Source: the human T2T-CHM13v2.0 reference genome, Homo sapiens. Taken from it: a stretch of DNA of 64,000 nucleotides. Positions 1 through 14,145 of this stretch are shown one piece after another; position 1 is the stretch's first letter, and each line of letters opens with the position of its first letter. The stretch lies in assembly GCF_009914755.1 (NCBI RefSeq), contig NC_060934.1; one strand, written 5' to 3'. A program made the translations under genes and the position numbers. The notes under the pieces were generated by a model that was not told where the DNA came from, searched no databases, and saw only the letters and a list, made by a program, of their open reading frames with translations.

Positions 1-149
1 AGGCAAAGATTTAGAAGGCCACCTCAGCAAGTGCCACTTCTCAAAGATACCCAGATAGTTTTGTGGCTAAAACAAATATAGCACCCAGCTTTTCGTTATT
101 GAATAGAAAAAGTTCAAAGCAGGAAACGTGCACTAAGAATGGACTTTCC

Positions 150-700
150 CCCCATGGGATTGTCAGGGCCTCTCAATAGCTTCTCCAATGCCCTGGCAGC
201 GGCCCTCACTCCCCACCTGATCTGACCTGGGCCTGCTTCTCATGCCTCATGCCAGTCTCTCCGCCACCTTGCTCCCTGCGCCTTAGCCACACAGGCCTGC
301 CTTCATTCCTGGAACACACCAAACTCTTTCTGGGCTGCATGTCTTGGTGCACATGATGTCCCCACCTGGAGCGCATGACCCTCCCAAGCCAGCCCCCTTC
401 CCACACTTCTCCTGACCCCTGGCTCTTCCTCACCTTCTCAGTCTGTATTTCAACATCACCTTCTCGGATCAACAATCCAACACGGGTCCCTCCGTGGTCA
501 GTCTCTGTCCTAAGCTTGTTTCCCAACTCTCACCATCTGTAATTGTTTAATTTATTGCCAGCCCCATGTGTGTTTTTGATCTTCTCCCCTCTAGATATTT
601 AGCTACCTAGGGGCCAGGGCCATTTCTGGTTTGTACCTCGCTGGATCTTCAAGGCTAGGAATTCTAAATGTTCAATTATCATCTGTTAAAGTGATGAAAT
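150..700 (+). mobile_element. Degenerate LINE-2 3' fragment
   Basis: Typical L2 3' phrases (cttagccacacaggcctgccttcattcctggaacacacca; ttttagctacctaggggccagggccattt). Boundaries approximate. Confidence 0.55.
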
Positions 701-984
701 ACCTCAATAAATTGTGCATGGAGAAAAGATGCAGTCTATAAACATTTTTATTTGTACTAAACTGGTCACAGTGCGAAAACAGCTGTTCACTGGTATTGGG
801 CATAATTATTAATTTCTAGCCTCTATTTCTCCCTACTAAGTACCCAACCAGGTTGGGTCTGTGCTCTACTGTAATGTCTTGATTAAAATGGGATTCTTTG
901 TCATTTAACTGTTTAAAACTGGTAATAGAAATTATATCAACGATGACGGTTTGGTTCCCAGGTAATCCACAAAAATATGACTGC

Positions 985-1215
985 TACTACTGGTTAACAT
1001 TCGAAGTGCTTACTGCATCCCAGGCACTGCTTTAAACACTCTCATATTTCATCTCAACCTTCACAACAGTTCTGCGAGGGAGGTATTATTATCCTTATTG
1101 ACGGAGGAGTAGCTGAGGCCCAGGGGGATTAGCAGCCTGCCCATGGTGATGCCATTGGAGGGGCCTAGCCGGGGCCTAGCCAGGACCCAGCCAGGTCCCA
1201 GCCAGGTCTACCTGA
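985..1215 (-). mobile_element. MIR SINE
   Basis: Reverse MIR core: gtgcttactgcatcccaggcactg...cttcacaacagttctgcgagggaggtattattatcc...gctgaggcccag. Confidence 0.65.
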
Positions 1216-1526
1216 TGCCAGAGTGCCAGCTCTTACTCGATAGTTCATCCCTTGCTAATGGAGCCCACAGGCTAGGAGGCAGGAGAGATGAGGTAAAGCT
1301 GTCTCTTCCTGATTTGGAGTCAGGCAAACTACTGTTTAAAATGTTTTTAGAAAAAGATCGAATTCGTCTTTTGAGCTCCTCCCCGTGAGTCCAGGTAATT
1401 CCTTAATTCCTCAAGCTTGCCCTCCCTGTTCCTCAGTTTCCTCCTGCTTCCCTGGACTACTCCATTAAATGCACCGCCAGACTTGGGCATTCATGACACA
1501 ACCCATCATCACCTGCCTCCCCACCA

Positions 1527-1662
1527 GTGTGTGTGTGCACACACTCACGTGCACGTGCTCACATTCACACACATGTGCATGCGCACACTCACATACGTGC
1601 ACGCGCACAGTCACACATACGTGCACGCACACACACACATACACGCACACACGCACACACAC
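1527..1662. repeat. Degenerate (CA/CG/TG) alternating purine-pyrimidine microsatellite
   Basis: Directly visible: gtgtgtgtgtgcacacactcacgtgcacgtg...cacacacgcacacac. Confidence 0.9.
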
Positions 1663-2920
1663 TCTTTCAAAAGCTCCAATTTGCTCCCTCTAGCTTTCAG
1701 AAGACTCAGGGTAAACAAGATACCTAATTAAATTATTTCACCCTGAGGTGTAAAATAATTCCTTGACCTTCCTATAGATGCTAAAATGCATAACTTTTAA
1801 AAGGTAACTTATTCACAAAGCACCGTTTGAATTATTATACAGCCAAAAGAATGACCAAAATTGGATGGCAATTTCCAGAAGCATCCAGAAAGAGAGTTGT
1901 GTGGAGAAGCCATCTGGCTACTGCTCACCTGATCTTGATTTTTTTTTTAACTGTATTCCTTCTCCATTTCTGAACTCAGCGTCTAAGGTGATCCTGACTG
2001 TGCCTCTGGTGAACGCAGGAAGGACTGGAAAACTGGGGTTGGGTGGGGAGTTGAGCAGGGGCCTTGCTAAGTGTGTGGAGCTGGAGACCACCTATAGTTT
2101 CTGGCTGGATTTTATAAAACACAACACCTTAATATGTTCTGCCAGGTGTAGTGAAAATGTGCCTGATGAACTTGAATTCTTACTTGCTTCCAAAAGCTCT
2201 ATATGAAGGGGAGCCCAAATTAGGAGATGAAAACGCAGGAGAAAAAAAAACTAATAATAAATTTCAACTGCTGAGTTGTGTGGGTCCAACAAAGAGTAAC
2301 AGAATTATACATCCTTCAAAGCCACGCTGGTTTTGTTGATTTCCATGTGAACCAACTGGCCTAAGCTGACCTCCATTTCCCTTCCAACGCAGTCCAGCTG
2401 TGGCTTTCAACCACGGCTCACACATCAAAATCACCTGTGGAACTTCAAAAAAAAAAACAAAAAAACAAAAAAAAACACCTGGTGTCTAGCTCCAGCACAG
2501 GGAGCAGAGAAGAGAATCGATCAAGATCAGCCACAAGTACAACACGGCCTGTGCCGCAACACAGCCATGTCCAGAGGGCAGGACGGGGAGAACTGCAAGA
2601 ACCATTTGGTGGACCATCTCTTCTCCCCCACCTCCAGGACCAAGCGCGTGAGCCAGCCACCCACCTGCGCAGCCAGCCTTCATGAGCCCAGCTTTGCCAG
2701 CACCGAGGTCTGAGTACCAGGGACAAGGTGATAAATGGTCCTGGCAGACCTGCCAAAGAGCTTCCATTCTAATGGAAACCATACCAGGGAGATTTAAATC
2801 CCCCGGTTCTCTTACAAAAAAAAAAAAAAGAGGAGGCAACTGAAAAGGGTCCCCTAAGCAATTTCAGCACCAAACTTCAGTCCTATAAGCCCGCAGCTTC
2901 TCACTCAGTTTTCAGAGGAC

Positions 2921-3343
<423 letters not shown>

Positions 3344-4489
3344 TTAACAAACGCACAACCCTTGCTTCCCCAATCTCATTGCAACCTGCGTGCCAGGCAC
3401 TCTACAACCCGTTGCTCTACTCAATAGCCTGATCCAGACCATCAGAGAGTTTTAGTTCAGTGGTCCTTGTGTACCCCACACTCTAGGCCTGGGTGACCAC
3501 CATGCTCTAACACCAACAGTTTGTCCCATCTGCATTCTGGGTGGCTTATTTTTTTTTTCATCTTTTTTTTCTTTCCCATTTGGAACAAGTGCCCATCAAA
3601 GGCTTAGGAGATATAAAAGATGTACAAGAACAACTCCAAGATCCCTTTTAAGAGTCTTTCATCTTTCTGTAAAAACTAAACCAAGATACATAACATATGA
3701 GTGTCACATATCGCATGCTAATTCAGAAGCAAGCTATATGAAGCAATAGGAAACACAGAGCCGTCAGAGCGGGAAAGCCCTGGAGGCACGAGTCAGCGAT
3801 GACACCACAGGGTATTCAAGGAGCACCAATGGCCTGCAGGTGGCAGAAACAATGGAGGAACCAGCCTGAGTCAAGGAGGACTCACTAGGTAAGCTTGGGA
3901 AATAGGGCTGAAGACGTGGACTGAGCAGTCGATGGAAGGCTCGGAAGTCAGACATGGCTCACCTGCGACAGGGGCCTCAGCAAGAGACAGGTATGAGGGA
4001 CACTGTTTTAGGCCCATGGATTAAAAACACGGCTGCCATCAACATTGATTCAGCCTATGTAAATGTCTGGTGCACCAGTTTATTCTCAACAAGAACTTAA
4101 TCAGGGTGGCTCCTACCACCTCCATTCCTATCATCAAAATGGTTCAAAATATGCCAAAGCCCCGATGTTTACATATTAGAAATTTAAAATTGCTTCCTGA
4201 CAACCTTCCAGGGCTTTTCATGTCCCTGTTTCTCCCCCTACAGAGCAGATGACTGTTCTGGGAGACAGCTGGCAGCAATGAGTACAAACAGCCAACTGTG
4301 TGGCCATCCCGTCATAATTTTGTTCCCTACACATCTGTCAACTGGGTGTCAGGCACAGGGTGTGCCACTGAGTCAAGCTACAACGAAACCAGCCATCATT
4401 CTCTGTCTTTTGAAGGGAGCCGGACACCTGGCGAGTAAATGCCATCTTGTGTAGAGTCACCCACAAGAGGGAATCTGGTGAATTCATCC

Positions 4490-4940
4490 TCCCATTAATT
4501 CATCAAGTATTTAGTCTGTGTCTATTAAGTGCCAGGCACTGTTCACAACAACATGGGCCTAGCAGCAAAGGACACAAAGCCACTGCCCTCTTGGGAGCCT
4601 GCATTCAGGGGCAGGCAGCCAACTGACAAACCGAGGGAAATATAATATCAGGCCGTGCAAAGTGCCATGCAGGGAAATACAGGTAAGGCAATGGAGTGGC
4701 AGGGTGCACTATTGTGGATATTCATGAAACACCGCGCTGAGAAGACAGCAGACACCTGAAGGAAGTGAGGGACAGAGCCAAGGGCTACCAAGGGAAAGAG
4801 CTTCGGGCAGACGGAGCAGCAAACACAGAGGCCTGGGGTAGGTAGGGACAGCGAAGAGGCCTGACCAGGTAAGCGGCAGGGAGGCGGCATGATCAGGAAC
4901 TGGGTTATGGTAAGGCTTCCTACCCTCAAAACCACAGGGG
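4490..4940 (-). mobile_element. LINE-2 fragment
   Basis: Starts with a reverse L2 3' end (cattaattcatcaagtatttag...gtgccaggcactg). Boundaries approximate. Confidence 0.6.
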
Positions 4941-5073
4941 GGAGGGCAAGGGCGAGAGGCCCCGCAGTTTGTGGTCATGGCAATACAATGATAATAACAC
5001 TCCTCATTCCTTATTTAGATCTGTAAACCTTTCCTAGTCCAGTCTAATACATAAAAGAAAGAAAGAAATGTAA

Positions 5074-5431
<358 letters not shown>

Positions 5432-6894
5432 TAGAGTGCATTTTCTACTCCAAAAAGTTCAACTCATACTTAGTGATGGAAAGTAAATTTGAACATTTTC
5501 AAATGTAATGATGATATTAACCAGTAGGGATGCCCTCAAATATAATATCCTCAATTGTTTTAAGCAGAGGACAGAATGGTCTTTTAATCTAAAACAATAT
5601 TAGAATATGCAATTAAGTAGTTTTCCATCACAGTCTACACTTCAAAGGGTGATGCACCTTCCTAAACAGTCTTGGGAGAGATTCTAAACCCTGAGAGTCA
5701 CTGACACATTTAACTAAAGCCACAGAACAATACATTCAGCTGGAGAAGTCAGTGATAATGTCTTCAAGCTTTACTACAAGTGGTAGAGGCAGAGTTGCTA
5801 ATTTCCTGCTTTGTGGGTGCTTTGTAGCTTCTGTAGGCATCTTAATTATCAACTATATCATAAGAAATGTAAAACAAAGAAATACAAACATGATGAAATC
5901 TTCCACTTGCAGGAAAACAGATGATCATCAAATTTGGAGGCCTGTCCACAAAAGACAAAATTCTGGAAGTAGCAATCCTTTACGACAATACCACGTCAGC
6001 CACATTATTAGTTGCAAACATCCTTTCTAAATCCAGGGGTAAGCAGGGAACTAATCCCCAGATGTGAGCTGCCCTTTGCATTTCTGAAGCCACTTGAACT
6101 TCCAGCCATAAAACTGTGACACTCACACCACTGGCAAACAGCTCAGACACAATAACTCAGAAGTCGATTGCATGCTAATTTCCATGTTATTTCTCAACCA
6201 TGAGAGTAGCTCTGTTATCCCATAGGACAAGATATTCTTTTGCCATTTCACTTAGATAAGAAATAGAACTTGCCTGAGCTATAACAGAAATGAGAAAAAG
6301 CAAATTATGTCTCTGCTACATGTGAAAGTTTAATTTATGCAACTTTTCTTGAACAAGTCAAAACTTGTCTATTCAATCAATGAATTACTACTGAAATAAA
6401 GCGGAAAAACTGTGAAGCTTAAAACAGCCACAGAAAGGTTACGATAGTCTGTTAAACAAATAAAAACTTGAGGGAGAAAACAGATCTTTGTTACCACTCA
6501 AATTGGAAATACTGGGGTTTTACACGTAGAAGGCAACCTACAGATGAGGGAAACAGTTTAACAGACATTTCTCTCGTAACAAAAAATACTTATTTTTTTT
6601 CTTCTGATTTTAAAAGCAATGTGCTGATCACACAAAATTTGGAAAATACAGAAAAGTATAAAGAAAATTTCCCCCATGAATGCATCATTTAAAATATTTA
6701 TATTTTGATACATTTCCTTTCAACTAATACAATACACACCTCTTTTCATTTTTTAGCAAAATTGGGATATTAAATAGATAATTTATTACATTTGTAAGCA
6801 TTTTACCTGTAATAACTTTTTCAATATATGGCTGCAAAATCTGCCATTACATGAATGTATTATAGGTGACTTAACTATTCCTCTATCGTCCTAT

Positions 6895-7541
6895 TCAAAA
6901 TGCAAGATAGACAAATTTCAATGTAACAGAGTAGGAAAGATCATTGCTATGGCTTCAGAATATTGTAACTAACCTTTCAGACACTACCACTCATCAGGTT
7001 TTGGTGTGGTATCAAGGAAGAATGTCCGTAATTATCTGAAAAGGTTATTTCAATTCTCTGGCCTTTCCCAATGATGTAACTGTGTGAAACTAGATTTTCT
7101 GCATACATGACCCCCAAAACAACCTACCCCGACAGACTGATTACAGAAGCAGACATGAGAACACAGCTATTTTCTATCAAAGCTGGTTATGAAACAGATT
7201 CACAAAAATGGAAAACAATGTCGCTCTTCTCACTAAATTTTTTTTTGGTTTTCACTTTAAAAAATCACTAAAGAGATAAATAAAACAATGTGAAACATTC
7301 ATCTCATACTTTTTTTTGTTTTAGTAAGGTTATTCTTCATTATAAATGGCCTTTTTATTAGTATGTAACAGGTTTATTATTGTTTGTTATTTTTGAGTGA
7401 ACTTTTAAAATTTCTCAGTTTCAATTTTTAACATAGTAAAATATCAATAGATATAACCAAAAAAAAGTTCTTTAAGATTCTCAAATACTTTTTTAAAACA
7501 GTGTAAAGGGGTCCTGAGGTCAAAAAGATTGAGACCCAGCA
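6895..7541 (+). mobile_element. Charlie1-type hAT DNA transposon 3' part
   Basis: 6999-7184 translates to FWCGIKEECP*LSEKVISILWPFPMM*LCETRFSAYMTPKTTYPDRLITEADMRTQLFSIKA, the hAT C-terminal dimerisation pattern. Ends in a Charlie1-like terminus aaaggggtcctgaggtcaaaaagattgagaccc. Confidence 0.8.
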
Positions 7542-8263
7542 GGTAACAGAATGAAGAGTTTAACAGATTAATAAATCCATTGACATTGTGTTTGCTTGTT
7601 ACTGACTTCTGCTTAAAAAAAGACTGCTCCGAGACGTTGAGCAGATCAGCGGCAGCTTTCTTGGGTAGAATTCTTCCTCTTCCGGCCACATTTAGTCTCT
7701 GAATAATTAGGCCCCCAAATACTTGATCCATTTCACCATTCTATATCAAAATAGTTTTCAAAGCAGATACTGCAGGTTTGTGAGGAAACAGTGCCCCCAA
7801 GAATCAGAGATGCAGATCTCTCACCATGACTACCTCACCACTTATTTGTTTAAAAAAAAAAAAAAAAGATAAAATATTATAAAAACATTTTTGCTGTGGT
7901 AAGGGCAAACTGATTCAGATGACAGTATCTGAAATACACTCATCTCCATGGTTAATCATCACCTATTTTGACTTCCTCCCACCCAAATTGCACAAGTTAA
8001 TTCTGTGAATTCTGCAGGGCAAATGGCACCAGTTTCCTTCCACCTGTTAGTGCCCAGATCGCAACAGAAATAAGGAAACACCCATTTATTTCCTGTTACA
8101 GCTTTACTTTCTAATTACTAACAATCCAACTGAAAGGCCCAAACCTATTATAACATTACAGATATTTCTAATATCTCAAGAACAGGAATCCTACTATACC
8201 ATTGTCCTACTCTTCCATATATAGTATTTTCTACACTTTCGTTCTAAAACAACAAAATGGTCA

Positions 8264-8421
<158 letters not shown>

Positions 8422-8454
8422 AAAAATTGGGCTGAAAATTAAAACAAACTCTTT

Positions 8455-9300
8455 CATTAAAACACGTATTTATTGAGTGTACAGCTTGTGCCAGGCATAT
8501 GTCTTGACACTGAGGATAAAGCAGTAAAACTCCCTGCCTCGTGGACTTATTTATCATAGCTTATTTTCTACTGGGGGAAGCAGGCATTCGACAAAGGAGT
8601 AGCAATGAAGTGTGCTGGGTTTTAACAGAGGAAGCCGAGGTCACCATGAGAACAGACCACAGAAGTCCAGGGAGAGCATTTGATGAAATGCAGTCCAAGG
8701 GGAGAACCCTCGGCAGACATAGGCGCATGGGCTTGGAGCACAAGATGAGCCAGAAGAAAGATGGGACTCAAGCCTGGGGTTAGCACACAGATACAAACCC
8801 AGACTCCCCAGGGAAAGAATGAGGCCAAGTGCTGAAATAGAGGACACTGAGGAAGAACCAGTTCAATGGATCAGAGAAAACAAGGAAATGTGTTACAGAC
8901 TCACTGCATTTTAGATACCTGCAAAGCATGCAAGACTATAAAGGATGCACTGACACAGGTGCTTGAGCTCACAAGTTAGGTATGGGCTGGATACGTAGAT
9001 ATGACAGCCAAAATCCTACAGCAAACGAAGCGGCTGAAACTGCTGATATTCCTCAGCAGGGTGGCAAAAGTGTCCTCAAAATACCCAAATACAAAGGGGT
9101 GGGGAGAGGAAGGGGAGGCTGCAAAGGAGGCTGAAGGGGATAATCGAGCGAGAGAAGGAAACCCAGGGGAGAGTGTCTCAGGCGCTCAGAGGGCAGGGGG
9201 ATGTTTCACAGAGGAGGATGCGCTCCACAGTGGTAAATCCCAGCTGGCAAATGCTGCTGAGAGGCCAAGCAGGAACACAACCAGAGGGCCCTGTGGAACT
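8455..9300 (-). mobile_element. LINE-2 fragments
   Basis: Reverse L2 3' end (ttcattaaaacacgtatttattgagtg...tgtgccaggc) followed by purine-rich degenerate L2 body. Boundaries approximate. Confidence 0.55.
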
Positions 9301-9329
9301 CGCAGCAGGGCGGACCTAAGGCCTCTCTG

Positions 9330-9494
9330 CAGCACTGGCTTCATGGGCATGGGACCTTCACAGCCCCCATGCCTGAGGGGCCCTACGCTTCGTTTAGTGC
9401 TTTGCTGTTACCATCTTGAAATTCTTAATTTTTGAACAAAGAACCCTGTATTTTCACTTTGCACTGGGCCCAGAAAATTTTGTAGCCAATCCTG
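9330..9494 (+). mobile_element. MER45A-type hAT non-autonomous element
   Basis: cagcactggcttcatgggc...tcttgaaattcttaatttttgaacaa...tttgcactgggccc...tgtagccaatcctg. 8-bp TSD cctctctg / accctctg (6 of 8 match). Confidence 0.8.
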
Positions 9495-9589
9495 ACCCTC
9501 TGGTATCAGTTTCACTAAAGTAGCAGAGATAAAAAACAGAATCTAATGGATTGAGGAGTGAAAGGGGAATGAAAGAATAAGTAGGTAAC

Positions 9590-10029
9590 ACAGTGACTTT
9601 AAGGTGATCCCACATTCCTCTCCACCTACTGTTCACCTGTCACCTGCTTCTAACAACAGAAGATAGCAAAGGTGATGAGATGTCACTCCTGTGAAGCCAT
9701 CATGCTGCAATCTTCCATCCTTGCCAGCTGAAAGGAAGTAAGGACCTGTGCGGCATGGAACTGCAGGCGACCCACGTCCCACAACTGCAGGGAAATGAAT
9801 TCTGCCCATGACCTGAGGGAGCCTGGAAACACTCTTCCTCAGTCGAGCCTCTGATGAGACCACAGCCCTGGCGCCCACCTGGACAGCAGCCTGGTGAGAG
9901 CCTGAAGCACAGAAACCAGCTAGGCTGTGCCCGGGCTCCTGAGCCACGGAACTGGTGAGGGAACCAACACAGGTTGTTTATGATACTGAGTGTGCAATCA
10001 TTTGCTGTGTAGCAGTAGGTAATAGTACA
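9590..10029 (+). mobile_element. Old MaLR LTR (MLT1F/G/H-like)
   Basis: cccacaactgcagggaaatgaattctgcc, gagcctctgatgagaccacagccctggc, 3' end gcagtaggtaatagtaca. Confidence 0.7.
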
Positions 10030-10202
10030 AGGCAGAAAGTAGAACATGCTCTCAAAATGTTTCATCAAGAGAAGGAAAGAGAAAGTGGTCACTGAAAGAG
10101 GAGAGTTCCAAGAAGAGCTTGGGTTCTGTTTTTGTCGTAAGATAGGAGAGACCTGAGCACTTGTAAATGCTCATGAGAAGGAAATACCAGGAGAGAGGTT
10201 TA

Positions 10203-10769
<567 letters not shown>

Positions 10770-11193
10770 TTAAGAAGTGTGGAGGAGGTTGGAAAAGTCA
10801 TTATGGAGAGGAAGAGGGTTGATGAGGAAAATCTGATTTCCAGGCAGTGTTGAGGCCCTGGTGAGGCAGAGATCAGGATCATAGAGAGGCAACTGTGTAA
10901 CTTTCTCTGGCAGAACTCAGAAGTCCAGGGACAGGCATGGGTGGGCCGCCCAATCCCCCAGGAGAGTGAAGTAAGGGATTCCAGTGCGTTGACAAGCGCA
11001 TCGCTGAAATGTTGGAATTCAAAAGCAGAGGCAAAGTCCAGCAGGAGCAGAGGGGTTGGAAAGGGACCTGGAATGGGAAAAATCTGATGTTCTTATTGTA
11101 ATCTGTCAGCTGAGCTGAAGGACAGAAGCTTCTGGTGAGTGGGATCTCTGGATTTCAGCTCAGAAGCGGTTCCTGGTATTAACAGTGTCTTTT

Positions 11194-11335
11194 TAGGGTA
11201 ACCTCCTCCTCCTAGTTTGAGCACTGAAAGTCCTGCGTCCTGTGAAACTCCTTAGTCCTCAGACTGAACATCCCCATCCCAAAAAGCTCCTGCTGCCACT
11301 CCAGTCTCAGGCAAACCAGGCTGCTGGTCACTCAG
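11194..11335 (+). mobile_element. MER81-type hAT-Blackjack element
   Basis: tagggtaacc terminus, agcactgaaagtcctgcgtcc core, ggcaaaccagg...ggtcactc terminus. Confidence 0.6.
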
Positions 11336-11654
11336 CTCCGGCTGCCATGGAGTCCCCGGTGAGCTTTGACAAATACTGACCCCTGCAGCAGATGACTGTG
11401 AGCCAGGGGCCAAAACTTTCAAGGAACGAACGAGGAGCTACGACCAGGAAATGCTAGCACTGAGGGTAGAGGACAGAATACGACTGAGACAAGGCTCAAA
11501 GCAGCAGCGAGGGGAAGGGTCATGACCCAAAAGTGGCCATGAGGGCAGGAACCTAAGCCCTGCCTCCAGATCCCAAGGCACATACAGGGTGGGAGAAGGT
11601 GCACTCCCATTCCCAAGGGAGCCAAGGCAGCACTGAACTCGGAGAGTGGCTCTC

Positions 11655-12600
11655 GGTTAGACCAGGAGGTGAAGATACTGGGGGAGGAGGAGGCTGGCTG
11701 ATGATCCCAGGGTTAGACCAGGAGGTGAAGATACTCAGGTAGAAGGCTGGCTGATCCCAGGGTTAGACCAGGAGGTGAAGATACTGGAGGAGAAGGCTGG
11801 CTGATGATCCCAGGGTTAGACCAGGAGGTGAAGATACTAGAGGAGGAGGCTGGCTGATCCCAGGGTTAGACCAGGAGGTGAAGATACTGGAGGAGGAGGC
11901 TGGCTGATGATCCCAGGGTTAGACCAGGAGGTGAAGATACTGGAGGAGGAGGCTGGCTGATGATCCCAGGGTTAGACCAGGAGGTGAAGATACTCAGGTA
12001 AGAGGAGGCTGGCTGATGATCTCAGGGTTAGACCAGGAGGTGAAGATACTTGGGTAGGAGGAGGGCGGCTGATCTCTGGGTTAGACCAGGAGGTGAAGAT
12101 ACTTGGGTAGGAGGAGGGCGGCTGATCTCTGGGTTAGACCAGGAGGTGAAGATACTCGGGTAGGAGGAGGGTGGCTGATCTCTGGGTTAGACCAGGAGGT
12201 GAAGATACTGGAGGAGGAGGCTGGCTGATGATCCCAGGGTTAGACCAGGAGGTGAAGATACTGGAGAAGGAGGCTGGCTGATGATCCCAGGGTTAGACGA
12301 GGAGGTGAAGATACTCAGGTAAGAGGAGGCTGGCTGATGATCCCAGGGTTAGACCAGGAGGTGAAGATACTCAGGTAAGAGGAGGCTGGCTGATGATCTC
12401 AGGGTTAGACCAGGAGGTGAAGATACTCAGGTAAGAGGAGGCTGGCTGATGATCTCAGGGTTAGACCAGGAGGTGAAGATACTCGGGTAGGAGGAGGGTG
12501 GCTGATCTCTGGGTTAGACCAGGAGGTGAAGATACTCGGGTAGGAGGAGGGTGGCTGATCTCTGGGTTAGACCAGGAGGTGAAGATACTGGGGAAGGAGG
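11655..12600. repeat. Minisatellite/VNTR, 18 copies of a 50-56 bp unit
   Basis: Core GGTTAGACCAGGAGGTGAAGATACT; its TTAG starts at 11657, 11713, 11763, 11816, 11866, 11919, 11972, 12028, 12081, 12134, 12187, 12240, 12293, 12349, 12405, 12461, 12514, 12567. Confidence 0.97.
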
Positions 12601-14103
12601 CAGCATGGGAGCTGGCTGATCCCAAGGCAGGAGCACAGCACCTGGTGGAAGAGGCTGGAGGGGAAGGGAGAGAGGGTGGGGTGGAAGGGGGAGGCAAAGA
12701 GCAGTCCCAGGAACCTGGAAGGAGGGGGAGAGACAGGGCATGAAGGTGGGATCCTAAATCCCAGAATCGTCGGCAACATAATAAATGGCAACACCAGGAG
12801 AGCTGGCATCTGACGATGTCTGTGGGACACAGTGCATAGGTAGATTTTAACACACTGAGATTGCTATTTGGTATAATGACATGTTTATCCTGAAGAAATG
12901 AAGTTAGGAATTTTCTGAGCTACAGAATGAATTTTTTGGTTCTCATCGAAAGGTCTGTTGCTCTTGGAACTCAATTCTCAAAGGTCTGTTTCACAAATAA
13001 TCATCCTCGTTCTGATGTTTATTCAAATCTTTGCCCACCCTCGAGTCTCCTTAAATTCCTCATATTCCACAAATGATGTGTGTTATCTGAATCCAGAAAA
13101 CCCTCATGGGTTTGCAGATATAACTGCCAATAACTGATATAGAAATAGAGAGTGTAGAAAATATTTCTTGACAATAAAAGTCCGAAGGAAGATTCGAGTT
13201 ATCCTATCCCCATGAAAGGAAGGGGAGGGTACATGTTGTGTTGTGGTGAGCTGCAGTTTGCATTGTGCACATATGTGTGTGTGTGTGCATGCATGCATGC
13301 ACACATGTGTTACGTTAAGATCATAACATGTGGTGATCTAAGTCCTCCGGAAGCTAGACAGACTCAACATATTGTTCCAGCAAAAACTTTAGCATCATTT
13401 AGAAAAAAATATAGCAGAAAAAAATTCCTCAACTCAAGAACAACACAGGTACTTCTGTTCAGTGTAACCTTCCTCTCAAGTTTTGGGAAAGATGGAAATA
13501 GGCCAGGACTGGAGGGGTGGAGCCCTCACACAGTCAGCTCACAGGTCAGCAGAAGTGACAGGTACTCCAGACTTAAGACCTTGAGGGAAATCAAGGTTCC
13601 TCTGTCTCTTCTCTGAAATAATCAAGTTCTTTCTTCCCTTCTCCCTCCTCAATGCAAGGCCGTGCTTCCCCAAACAAGATCTGGGACTCTCGCGCCTACT
13701 GAGATGGACAGAGAGCTTCACAGGTGTCAACAGTTTCAAGAACCTTGGCCAGCCTCAGCCAACAGCCAACCAGGCAGGCTGGGCGAGCCCAGAGGTTCCC
13801 GGAAACCAGAAACTAGGGCAGAAACACCCAGCAACTCAGTCGCTTTTCTAAAACAGAGCTACCAATAAATATATAAATCACTGTCATGAGCCATAGAAAG
13901 GGAAAGCTTTTATAAATTAAAGCATCCAAATATTAAGCCAATATTACTTAGGATTGCATTTATCATTGCTACAGAAAAAAACTGTATGTAAATAAATGTG
14001 AATGCATACAAGGTAATTGAGTGTCCTATGTTAATATAAGGGTAGCCCATATTTTTTCTGAAATGAAACGACATTGAAAACGTACCTACCAAAAAAATGT
14101 GGT

Positions 14104-14106
<3 letters not shown>

Positions 14107-14143
<37 letters not shown>
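14107..14143. repeat. (TG)n microsatellite
   Basis: Perfect TG run of about 18 units. Confidence 0.97.

Positions 14144-14145
<2 letters not shown>

Noticed and set aside
1417-1731. His/Thr-rich and Cys/Val-rich ORFs
   Set aside because: Translations of the CA-type microsatellite.
11655-12600. CRISPR-like look: constant 25-nt repeat with 25-31 nt variable spacers
   Set aside because: The spacers are variants of one another and often identical, the repeat is not palindromic, there are no cas genes, and the context is primate DNA. It is a minisatellite.
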